Below are positions 8,226 to 17,217 of a DNA stretch of 33,618 nt, one piece after another. The stretch is taken from assembly GCA_041690595.1 (NCBI GenBank), contig JAWLHB010000064.1:1-33618 (forward strand), given 5' to 3'. Source of the stretch: Lentisphaeria bacterium. GTDB taxonomy: Bacteria; Verrucomicrobiota; Lentisphaeria; JABSQK01; JAWLHB01. Below the pieces are notes generated by a model. The model had not been told where the DNA came from. It did not search any database and worked only from the letters and a program-made list of their open reading frames with translations. Position 1 is the first letter of the stretch; each line of letters starts with the position of its first letter. The position numbers were made by a program, and so were the translations under genes.

Positions 8226-11200
8226 ATGCACCTTCGCGCCTTGCTGCTTCTCGCCCTGGTGTTCGTCCTGATGTTCGGCTCTTCCTGCACGTCTCTGCCC
8301 CCCGCCGCTGCCCAGGCGGGGCCGATGGGACAGCCAGCTCGCATCCTGGTCATTCGCGACGGCTGGAAACCCGAACATTCCATCGACAAAAAGCTCCGCC
8401 AGACCTGGGAAGAGGCCGGCTTTGTCATCACGGTGCTGCACGATCTTGATGCAGTGACGCTGACCGCCGACTACCTCAACGGCTTCGGCGCGGTTATTCT
8501 TACTTACTTGCCGCCTGGCTCGGAAGTGTACAGCATCAGCAGTTGGAGCACGGCCGCAACCCGTGATACTAACCTCGCGGCATTGCATGCCTATGTGGAG
8601 GCCGGCGGGGGGCTGTTTGTCACACCGCTGTGCGGGGGTGGCGGACGTGCTATGGCTGCTACTTTCAATGCTTTTTTCGAACCGTACGGCGCCGGGTTCG
8701 AGGCATTGCAGGTACTGCCTGATGCCGAGTACAGCGAGAACTTCGCCAATGCTACGATCCAGGGCGATCACGCAATCACCAAGGGCCTCGAGCACCTTCT
8801 GTACCCAACGCGAGTGCTCCGCTGGGATCATCTCTACAGCACCATACCGGTTCAGATCAGCGGCAAGGATTGGCGTGTCCTGGCAAGCGCGGGTGACGAC
8901 TCAGGTGCGTACTCCGCCAGCGACAGCGTTCATGTCTACCCCGACCGTCGCATTGAACAGCCGGTTCTCCTCGCCATTGGCCCGGCGGGAAAAGGCAAAA
9001 TCGTGCTTTGCGGGATTCACGCCTTCTATCTGATCAGCCACGCCTACGCCCCCCCGGAGACCGTTTGGGTCGGCGAAGCACGGACCGGCCCGATTGATGG
9101 TACGGTGCTCAGTGGCCAGCCTGACCAGCCCAGTCAAGGCGGTGAGATCTTGCAGCGCTCGCTACGCTTCCTCGCGGCCAACAGCGCTAGATACGGCATC
9201 GGCGGAGGCTCTGATGTGGTTCCCGAGGAACCGCAAAAACCAACCGGCACACCGATGATCGACTGGACCAACGTGGAGCCGCCCCTCACCTGGCGCCATC
9301 GTGCACTCATCGAGCCCGACAAGGGGATCTACGATAACCATCCCGATCCCATGATCACCGGCGAGCTCCAGTACTTCAAGGCGCTGATTGGGCCGCGCAC
9401 CGCCTACAGCAGCGGCGCCGGCACCGTCGCCGAATGGCGTGCCGCCGCCCAGGCTGCCGGCTACAGCGCCGTGATGTTCGCGGACACCTTCGAGGACCTG
9501 ACGGTGGCTGAGTTTGAACAGCTGATCGCCGATTGCGCAGCCAACAGCGATGACACCTTCCGTTGCCTTCCGGGCTTCGATATCGGAGATTCACAGGGCG
9601 CTCGCTTCCTGATTCTTGGTGCCAGCCAATGGCCCGATCACGCCTGGATGACTGATGATGGACGCCACATCTTTCGCACCAACAACCTCTCGTTCGGCTT
9701 CGCCTTTTCCGAGCTTGTCGTCTACCATCGCGCTGGCCGCAGCCCGCTGGATCCACGTATGATCAAGCACTACCAGGGGATCGCCATCGCCACCTATGAT
9801 CCTGCCGGCAAACGCGTCGACAATGGCATGTATTGCTACCAGTGGCAGGCCGCCAGCGACTCCAACCCGTTTCCTGCTACCGTCCACGAACTGACCGCCC
9901 CCAGTCAAGTCGCAACTGCCGCTGAAACGGGTTTCCAGCAGATCATGCCCAGCGATACCGTCATCCATGCTGTTGACTACTTTCGCCATGCCCACAGCCA
10001 TTACTTCGAGACGCCGGTCCGCTACTTCATCTCCGAGGGGCCGATTATCGATGGCTGGAGCATCCACAACAAGGATCTGATGAGCGCCGACCTCAACCGC
10101 GATCGTTACCGCATGCGCATCGGCGTCCGTAGCGATGAGCCGCTGACCAGCGTCGTCCTATACGACGGCTTCGAGATAGTGCGCCACTGGAAGCCTGGCA
10201 CGACCGCCTTTACGACCGACCTCGACGGTGTTCACGACGGACAGCACCTCTACCTCCTCGTCGCTACCGATGCCAAAGGCAGGCAGACGATCTCCCCACC
10301 GATCCGCACGGTCACCCGCAACTACCGGGCGCGCTGCGCCGACCGACAGAACTGGCTCGGCAGCATGCCCATCGGCTGCATTTACACCGGCTGGCAACAG
10401 CTCTACGGTAAACTTGAGATTCCTCTCCAGGTGCCACCGGAAAGCTTCGGCCCATGGAGCCCCACCGCCCCTGCACCGATTTTCGAATATCCCTTCTTCG
10501 GCAATCATTTCGTGCGCACAGACATTGACGGCTCCAAGCACTATGCCAACGTTACGGGCACCGTCTTCGGCGATGCAGCTCCGAACTACATCGTAGTGGA
10601 TTCGCACTATCTCGACAACTATGTCGTGACCTGGCATACCCGCCCTGAACGCACCAACGATTTCGCCGCCCTCCTGGCGACCTCCACCTACACCCTCAAG
10701 CGCGATGCGGTGCCCGATATCGACAGTGCGGTTTTCCCCTATCTTGCCTTCCGTACAGCGGGCCCCAATCGTATCATCCTGCCTGGCAAAGAGCCTTTCC
10801 AGATCGCCAGCGACACCTACATTGAAAATCTTCCGGTCGGCACCTATGTCAACGGCAAGATCATCCTCACCCCCGGCCTGACATTGACCAAGGATCGGGT
10901 CGGCTTCCCAGCTCCTGCCAAGGGCAAGACCTTGCGTGCTGGCACCCAGTGGGAATTCAGCTACATCCAGACCAACGCCACCAGCTACCGTTACAACAAC
11001 TACAAGCTCACCACGCCCTCCGAAGGCGAAGTTGAGTTCCTCACCCAGATGGGCTTCTGGGGCAAACCGCCGTACAGCTTCAACCTGAAGCAAGGCAAGC
11101 TCAACAACATCGCCTGGATTGCGGATCTGGACGCAGAGAATGGCGCCGTCGCCGGGCGATTCGAAAACCCAACCGGTGCCAAGCTGAACTACTTCCTGCC

Positions 11201-11537
11201 CCTGCGCATCCACGGGCTCAACCCCAATGTGCCTGCCGCCCTCTGGCGAGCGGATAGCGAGCACCTGGACTGGTTCGACATCTACCACGGCGCTGGCTAT
11301 GTCACCATGAACACCGACGACAGCGTCGATTTCTATGCTGGCAACCTCTTCTTTACGCATCCGGATCTCATCGTCGAGATCGTGGCCTGGACGGCCGACA
11401 GCCTGCGCTTACGCGTCCACAACCCGACAGATGTCCTTATCGAGGCGTCCCTCAGCACCGCCACGATTCCCGGCCTGAGACAAGCCAATACGCAAATGAC
11501 AATCCCTGCGGGCGGCATCATTCTCATTAGCGAATAA
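8226..11537 (+). CDS. Large secreted (possibly lipo-) protein, 1103 aa; GATase-like plus degenerate PHP-like domain; paralogue of 750..4019
   Basis: GGAG RBS; hydrophobic leader with FGSSC (weak lipobox) or AQA cleavage site. Motifs shared with the paralogue: LLYP...RWD..YST.P, TGxIDG, PGFDIGD, YQW, VHE, CxDRQNWLG, PLRIxGL, HNPTD. Confidence 0.82.
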   Translation: MHLRALLLLALVFVLMFGSSCTSLPPAAAQAGPMGQPARILVIRDGWKPEHSIDKKLRQTWEEAGFVITVLHDLDAVTLTADYLNGFGAVILTYLPPGSEVYSISSWSTAATRDTNLAALHAYVEAGGGLFVTPLCGGGGRAMAATFNAFFEPYGAGFEALQVLPDAEYSENFANATIQGDHAITKGLEHLLYPTRVLRWDHLYSTIPVQISGKDWRVLASAGDDSGAYSASDSVHVYPDRRIEQPVLLAIGPAGKGKIVLCGIHAFYLISHAYAPPETVWVGEARTGPIDGTVLSGQPDQPSQGGEILQRSLRFLAANSARYGIGGGSDVVPEEPQKPTGTPMIDWTNVEPPLTWRHRALIEPDKGIYDNHPDPMITGELQYFKALIGPRTAYSSGAGTVAEWRAAAQAAGYSAVMFADTFEDLTVAEFEQLIADCAANSDDTFRCLPGFDIGDSQGARFLILGASQWPDHAWMTDDGRHIFRTNNLSFGFAFSELVVYHRAGRSPLDPRMIKHYQGIAIATYDPAGKRVDNGMYCYQWQAASDSNPFPATVHELTAPSQVATAAETGFQQIMPSDTVIHAVDYFRHAHSHYFETPVRYFISEGPIIDGWSIHNKDLMSADLNRDRYRMRIGVRSDEPLTSVVLYDGFEIVRHWKPGTTAFTTDLDGVHDGQHLYLLVATDAKGRQTISPPIRTVTRNYRARCADRQNWLGSMPIGCIYTGWQQLYGKLEIPLQVPPESFGPWSPTAPAPIFEYPFFGNHFVRTDIDGSKHYANVTGTVFGDAAPNYIVVDSHYLDNYVVTWHTRPERTNDFAALLATSTYTLKRDAVPDIDSAVFPYLAFRTAGPNRIILPGKEPFQIASDTYIENLPVGTYVNGKIILTPGLTLTKDRVGFPAPAKGKTLRAGTQWEFSYIQTNATSYRYNNYKLTTPSEGEVEFLTQMGFWGKPPYSFNLKQGKLNNIAWIADLDAENGAVAGRFENPTGAKLNYFLPLRIHGLNPNVPAALWRADSEHLDWFDIYHGAGYVTMNTDDSVDFYAGNLFFTHPDLIVEIVAWTADSLRLRVHNPTDVLIEASLSTATIPGLRQANTQMTIPAGGIILISE

Positions 11538-11693
11538 AGATACTTCCGCACTCATGATCCATGTTCTTTACATGAAGTAGCTATGACCTTAAACTTCTTG
11601 CTGAGGCCGATATGGATGCGCTCCTCTACCCTAAGCCATGCCACCGTCTACGTTACTGGCGCGAGATAACCCCTGACCGCAAAACAATCCCTT

Positions 11694-13694
11694 ATGATGA
11701 TACTCTCGACTTCGAATAAAATTTCTTTTGCTCGACTCGCCTGTGACTACTACCCATACCATGTCTCTCCATCGCTGTGGAAAAGTGACTTCAGGCGCAT
11801 GCGCGCCTGTGGTATCGATATGTTCCGATTCTTGTGCTTTGACTGGGCGGCGCTTGAGCCCGAAGACGATCGCTGGACATTCGCCTGGGCGCATGATGTC
11901 ATGCGGTTGGCTGAAGAACACGGGCTACAGGTTCAATTGACCATTCCGACCGCCGGGCCACCCTCATGGCTGATGCTTGAGCACCCGGAGATCACCCAGA
12001 ACGGCTCCTCGCGACCTGGAACGCGCCGCGAATATTGTCCTGCGTCACGAACCTATCGCCGTTATTGCCGGCGCTTGGCGGGAAGGATCGTCGATGAGCT
12101 GGGCGGGTATGGCAACGTCTGGGGGTATCAGATCGATAATGAACTGGGATTCAATATCAGCAAGACCGTCGATTCGCACGAGCGCTGGATCGCCTGGTTG
12201 AAACAACGTCACGGAAAGGATATCTGTGACCTGAATGAAGCCTGGTTCCTGAAATTCTGGAGTCGGGAATACACGCAGTGGGAGCAAGTGCAGTGGGAGC
12301 ATGGCGGGTCGCCCGAAAGCATCTACGACCTCAAGCATTTCTACTCCGACCTCATTACGGAATTCATGGAAGATATCCTCAGCGTCCTGCGCGAGAAAGC
12401 CCCAAATAAGGTCGTCTCCACTAACTACATGGGCAACTTTGACATGGTGGATTACTGGCGGATGAGCCGCGACCTGGACGTCGTCGGGTACGACTACTAC
12501 AAGTGGATCTACACCCTGGAAGGCGGCGCGCTGGCCGACGACTTGATGCGCAACCTGAAGCAGCAGAAGTTCTGGCGATACGAAAGTGGTTGCGACACCT
12601 GCCTTCCCACCGAATGGCTTGTTCTCCAGACCATCAAAGGATGGGCGCGTGGCATGGAGGGCGATATGCGGTTCCCCTGGCGCCAGTTCCATGGCGGCTC
12701 CGAGCAGGTGCTGGCGGCCTTGGTCGATACCGCTGACCGCACCACCCGTGCCTGGGAGGCCACCAGATTGGCGGCGGCACAGCTTCGGGATCTGCCGGTC
12801 CTCACCATGCAGGATTTCGCGACGCGGGTAGCATTGGTCAACAACTGGCGGTGCGGCTGGGCGCTGCAAAGCCTGCATGGCCACCCCAGCGACTATTTCT
12901 ATGTGGTCGAGGGCGTCTACAAGAGCCTCTTCCGCCTCGGTGTCCTCTGTGATGTCACCGCGCCTGGTGGAGACTGGTCAGCATACGACGTGATCTTCTT
13001 CCCCTCACACCCTTTGATCGATGAAGCGTTGGCAGACCGCCTGAAGCAGTTTGTGGCCAGTGGGGGCACGGTAGTTGCCATGCCGATCAGCTTCACTCAC
13101 ACCGATAAGGTGCAACTCGCCACCGAGCTGGCGCCGCTCGGCCTCGTCGATCTGTTCGGCGCCAGCATCCGCGAAAGTCACCTCGATCGCAACGACATCG
13201 ACAACGAGACAACCCATCTCGGGCATGATGTCATGGCGATGACTGCGGTAAAGGTCGCGCCTCCTCTGCGCTACAAGCTGCGTTGCTCGACTCTGGCAGA
13301 GCTGGATGGTACACTGGCGGAACGCTGGTTTACCTGGCTGGATGCGGACGGCGCCGAGATCATCGCCACCTACGCGGAAAGCCACTATCGCGACCAGGCT
13401 GCGATTACATGTAGATCTCATGATTCTGGCGGTAGCGCGTGGTTGATAGGCTGTTTCCTTCAGGAACCAGCACAGCGGGCGCTCTTTGCGCGGATTATCT
13501 CTCGCCATGGGATCGAGAGCATACCGCCAAGCGATCCTGGCGTGGAGGTGATTCCGCTGAAGAGATATATCATCTATCTGAACTTCACCGACGAGTCGCG
13601 GACCGAACCTTCCCCCCATGGATCAAACGAAGAGGGCACCATCGAGCTGAATCCGTACGGTTTTGCCGTGATTGAACGCAATCGCACGATCTAA
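11694..13694 (+). CDS. GH42-like beta-galactosidase
   Basis: DYYPYH, WAALEPEDDRWTFAW, PTAGPPSWL, YQIDNE (acid/base Glu), FWRYE (nucleophile position), WRQFHGGSEQ and a trimerisation-like domain (LKQFVASGGTVV). Confidence 0.85.
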   Translation: MMILSTSNKISFARLACDYYPYHVSPSLWKSDFRRMRACGIDMFRFLCFDWAALEPEDDRWTFAWAHDVMRLAEEHGLQVQLTIPTAGPPSWLMLEHPEITQNGSSRPGTRREYCPASRTYRRYCRRLAGRIVDELGGYGNVWGYQIDNELGFNISKTVDSHERWIAWLKQRHGKDICDLNEAWFLKFWSREYTQWEQVQWEHGGSPESIYDLKHFYSDLITEFMEDILSVLREKAPNKVVSTNYMGNFDMVDYWRMSRDLDVVGYDYYKWIYTLEGGALADDLMRNLKQQKFWRYESGCDTCLPTEWLVLQTIKGWARGMEGDMRFPWRQFHGGSEQVLAALVDTADRTTRAWEATRLAAAQLRDLPVLTMQDFATRVALVNNWRCGWALQSLHGHPSDYFYVVEGVYKSLFRLGVLCDVTAPGGDWSAYDVIFFPSHPLIDEALADRLKQFVASGGTVVAMPISFTHTDKVQLATELAPLGLVDLFGASIRESHLDRNDIDNETTHLGHDVMAMTAVKVAPPLRYKLRCSTLAELDGTLAERWFTWLDADGAEIIATYAESHYRDQAAITCRSHDSGGSAWLIGCFLQEPAQRALFARIISRHGIESIPPSDPGVEVIPLKRYIIYLNFTDESRTEPSPHGSNEEGTIELNPYGFAVIERNRTI

Positions 13695-13734
13695 GGCGTA
13701 TATCAAGGCCCGTCCTGTCCGACCTGGAGTGGCT

Positions 13735-13776
13735 ACCGACCGCGTCCTGTCCGGAAACCCATACGGTCGGTTTCTT
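13735..13776 (+). terminator. Possible intrinsic terminator between convergent genes
   Basis: ACCGACCG (13735..13742) and CGGTCGGT (13764..13771) form a stem followed by TTCTT. The loop is long, so the call is weak. Confidence 0.3.
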
Positions 13777-14884
13777 AAAGTTCTCGGAGTCGTTCGCGGT
13801 GGTGATCGCGCTTACCCAAACAGCCACGAGCGACCATTTCCGGCGACAGGTGGTCGTTGGCCGACGGCTCCCGCTCCGCCCCGTCAGTGATCACGCTGAA
13901 ATCGGCTCCGGACATCATCTTCAGCCAAAGGACCAGTTCTTTCGCCGCCAGCTCTTCCCCTGCGCTTGGCTCAGCCGGCAGCAGGACGACATACCGCGCC
14001 TTATAGTCGTCGGCAATGAGCATGGCTGGACCGCCGTCGGCACCCGGCCGCAGACTGTTCATCCACTGCGGATGCGGACTCCGCACATGGTGACGGCGGC
14101 GGAAGTCCTCGTGCCGAGCCGCGGCGGCAGCCAAAGCTTGCTTTTCCGCTTCAGCGCGCGCGATTTCGTCCGCGGTCAGCTCGTCGGCACGCACGGTCAC
14201 ATTATCCAGGAACCAGCTGATGCAGGGTTCGAGACTTGTGAACGAGATGCTTCGCAGGGCGATTGAGTCATGCACGTTGGCGAAGCGCAACACCGGTGCC
14301 TCCGGGTGGGCGCTGGACCACAGCTCAAAGCCCGTGGCCGGGTCGAACTCATGCCTGAGGACTTGCTCTTCAGTAGAGAGCGCCGCTCCTGTCAGACTCA
14401 CCAGATACGGTGGATTATCCAGGATGGCGAAGCCCGAACCTGAGTCCGACGCCCCGAAATACTTGCGGTTTGGCGACATGCTTACTCTGTACGTATGGCC
14501 AGTAGTATCCTTGACCGTCAGGTCAAAGCGATGGTTTCCGCTTGTGCCATTGGATTGTCTCAGCGTGAACTCGATCGAAGCTGGTCCGGCGTCCACGTCG
14601 CCCCAAGGCAGCGTGACGGTGGTGTTCCCGGAGCAACCGAGATTGAGGCTACCGGCCGTTGGCTCACGATTGCCGACAGACGTGCCATCGGTGGCCACCA
14701 GCCCCTCCTCCACTATCCAGACCGTGTTGTTGCGCGAATACTTCGGCGTGATTGTGTCGCCCGTGGTCGTCACACCCACCTGATTGGCGCTGAAATCGTC
14801 CGACACGAAGGTCACGACCTGGGCAGAGGCGGCAAACCAAATCAGCATGGCAATACTCAGGCTCATTGTAGAGATACGGAACAT
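13775..14884 (-). pseudogene. Secreted protein, probably 3'-truncated: lectin-like N-terminal part plus the start of a GH20/GH67-N-like domain of the kind found ahead of DUF4838
   Basis: Signal peptide MFRISTMSLSIAMLIWFAASA. LIADDYKARYVVLLPAEPSAGEELAAKELVLWLKMMSGADFSV is the start of that domain, but the ORF stops about 35 aa later in non-conserved sequence. Confidence 0.55.
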
Positions 14885-15073
14885 GTTATCCTCTGTCTGT
14901 GAAACCGTCAGCTTGAATCACTCAGCCTCTTTTGCCGAGATCACAGCCAATACGAACGTCTCCGGAAAACGGGCAAGGAAGGTGACGGCCACGACGCAGT
15001 GGATCAGTGCCAAGAATCTCATCATGGTTTCGTTCTTGTGCTTGACCTGGGTTGTGCGCGTCGGGCGTGCAGC

Positions 15074-15769
15074 TCACTGATTCGGCGGACACATCCACCA
15101 GCCAAGGCCGTAGTAGGGCACAAGCTGCTCCCAATTATACCAGCGGGCGCTGCCATCGTAATAGAGAGCATTGCTGCCGATTTTGTTGTAATGGGGTGCA
15201 TGCCCGTTGACGCGGAGTAAATGCGCCTCCTTGCTCTCATTAGGGTAGCTGTGAACGCCCCAGTTCATCGTGATGTCGCCCATGAAGGGCAATCTGCTGG
15301 CCAAGCCGATCTCGAGGTTGTAGATGCTTCACTTCGCCCACTGCCACGGGATGTAGCCGATGGCATCCATGCTGGCGTTCGTGAAGTATCGGGGCTTATT
15401 GCGGAGGAACGGCGCCAGGTTGGGGCAGTAGAAACTACGCCAGGCGTCGCTGCTGTGGTTCACGACCATCTGTCCCCACCTGCCGCTGTGGGCCGAGTTA
15501 AAGCGCTGCATGTCCGACGCGTGATGTGTAAAATTGGGCGTGCCGTCCGCATATAGAGTGTTATAGACCTGCGGTAGCCGTGCGAAATCATCCTCATACA
15601 TGGCTGCCACGCCGTAGCACTGCTTGAGGTTGGACAGACAAACTGTGCGCCGGGCCTTTTCCCGCGCCTGCTATAGCGCGGGCAACAGCATCGAGGCGAG
15701 AATGGCGATAATCGCTACGACGACCAGCAATTCGATTAGCGTGAAGGTTCGTACTCTGAGGCGTTTCAT
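15074..15769 (-). pseudogene. Prepilin-type (DUF1559-like) gene interrupted by two in-frame stop codons
   Basis: One continuous frame: [50 protein letters not shown]...FYCP...WQWAK*SIYNL...H..GSNALYYDGSARW. TAG at 15673..15671 and TGA at 15331..15329; GGGGAG RBS. Confidence 0.9.
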
Positions 15770-15875
15770 GGCATGCTCCCCTGTCTCTTTGGGTTCTGGC
15801 TCTGCTCGACCAATGCGATAGCAAGCATGGCCATGAGCAGTTGCAGGATGCGGTTCGTGTTTAAGTCCAGTGAAC

Positions 15876-16907
15876 TCACCGTTGATGCAACGTGGGTTGA
15901 ATAATGTGCCGCCCACCGGTGAACCCCTCGTCAAGATGGGTGGCGACGATGCGGGCAATCTCGTCTTCGTGGGGATCGATCGAGGTGATGCCGAAGGCCT
16001 CCGCCCACGGGGTGTTGCCGAAGCCGACAGCGTGGAAATCCTCGCCCTGGCGGAGGCCCAACTGGCGGGTCGCCCGCTTGACGCGGTCGTAGATGTGGTC
16101 GGCGTGGCAGAAGATGCCGTCGGCAGGCTCGGTGGCTAGCATCTGGGTCAGCTCTTCGGGCGGAGTGAGGTGGTCGAGGAATCGGCAGGGGGCGGCACCG
16201 GCTTCGCTGAGTGCCTGTTCCAGACCGTGGGCGAGCAGGTCGGAGGTCCAGCGCGGGCGGCGCTCGAAATTAAGCATGGCGATGCGCTGGCAGCCGCACT
16301 CCAGCAGATACTGTCCGGCCAAACGCCCCACCTTCACGTAATCGATCAACGCATAGAAGATGGGCGAGCCGGGCAGCTCCATCTCGTGGCGCTTGACCAC
16401 GATGAGGTGGGTGCGCGGGCTGAGGTAGTCAAGTAGTTCCGGATTGAAGAGGCTGTAAGCATCGAGGATGAGGGCGCGCGGGCACGACTGCAGGAGCTGG
16501 CGGATCTCGTCCTGGGCGTGCCCGTCGGCGGTCATCCGTGTGTCGAGCAGGAGACTGAGCAGGCGGCGTTGCTGCAGTTCGGCAGAGAGGAGGACAGGGA
16601 GGCGGGTGTGCGGGTCGCGGGTGCCGTCAAGGATCATCACGACGCTGCGGCGGGTCTGGTCGCTCGGCAGGTGCGCGACAAAGGTGCCGCGGCCCACGTG
16701 CGACTCGATCAGCCCATCCTGGCTGAGGATGCCAAACGCACTCTGCACCACCTGGTTGCTCACCTGAAAGCGCGCCGCGAACTGGCGCACGGTCAGCAGG
16801 CGGTCGCCGGGCTCCAACTTGCCAGCGGTGATCTCGCGGCGGATCGCCTCGGCGACCTGGTGGGATTTCGGGGGAGCAGTAATGATCGGAACCATGCGGC
16901 CATCCAT
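15876..16907 (-). CDS. GntR-family regulator with LacI-type sensor domain
   Basis: VAEAIRREITAGKLEPGDRLLTVRQFAARFQVSNQVVQSAFGILSQDGLIESHVGRGTFV; C-terminal DFHAVGFGN and ITSIDP. The start may be 16895 instead. Confidence 0.9.
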   Translation of the reverse strand: MDGRMVPIITAPPKSHQVAEAIRREITAGKLEPGDRLLTVRQFAARFQVSNQVVQSAFGILSQDGLIESHVGRGTFVAHLPSDQTRRSVVMILDGTRDPHTRLPVLLSAELQQRRLLSLLLDTRMTADGHAQDEIRQLLQSCPRALILDAYSLFNPELLDYLSPRTHLIVVKRHEMELPGSPIFYALIDYVKVGRLAGQYLLECGCQRIAMLNFERRPRWTSDLLAHGLEQALSEAGAAPCRFLDHLTPPEELTQMLATEPADGIFCHADHIYDRVKRATRQLGLRQGEDFHAVGFGNTPWAEAFGITSIDPHEDEIARIVATHLDEGFTGGRHIIQPTLHQR

Positions 16908-16910
16908 TAT

Positions 16911-16957
16911 TGTAGTGGGATGTTAATAAGCTTAGAACAATCCACTACATTCGTCAA
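16911..16957 (-). promoter_or_regulatory. Promoter overlapped by a long imperfect palindrome (candidate autoregulatory operator)
   Basis: TTGACG (16957..16952)-N17-TAAGCT (16934..16929). Palindrome arms TGTAGTGG (16911..16918) and CCACTACA (16942..16949) are centred near TAAGCTTA. Confidence 0.65.
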
Positions 16958-17217
16958 GCCCGGTCGGAGAAAAACTCGAATCAGGCGACAGTGTCAGTAG
17001 AAAAAGCCGATGAGAAACAGCGGGATGCGATTGGCAGTGCCGATGTCAATGCCGGTTCTGGATCCGAACTAAAGTGGTTGGAAAAGGACAACACCTGACT
17101 CTGCTGAAGTCACCGGAGATCCAGGAGATCCTGGCGCCACAGCCGCTGATCAAGCTTCTCCTAGACCTTGGCAGTTCCCCACTCTGGCTGCGTGAACTCT
17201 GCTGCCCCTCCATCATC

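Noticed and set aside
11538..11693. Possible riboswitch or ncRNA upstream of the GH42-like gene
   Set aside because: No convincing stems, known RNA motif or promoter could be read by eye.
15329..15673. Stop-codon reassignment, pyrrolysine or selenocysteine as the explanation for in-frame TAG and TGA
   Set aside because: TAG and TGA both end intact genes here (for example 4019, 22557, 7101, 8192), no other gene has internal stops, and no recoding machinery is visible.
16960..17217. Small ORFs or a possible gene remnant between the DUF6067 gene and the GntR promoter
   Set aside because: One minus frame looks vaguely protein-like but has two stops and no assignable motif.
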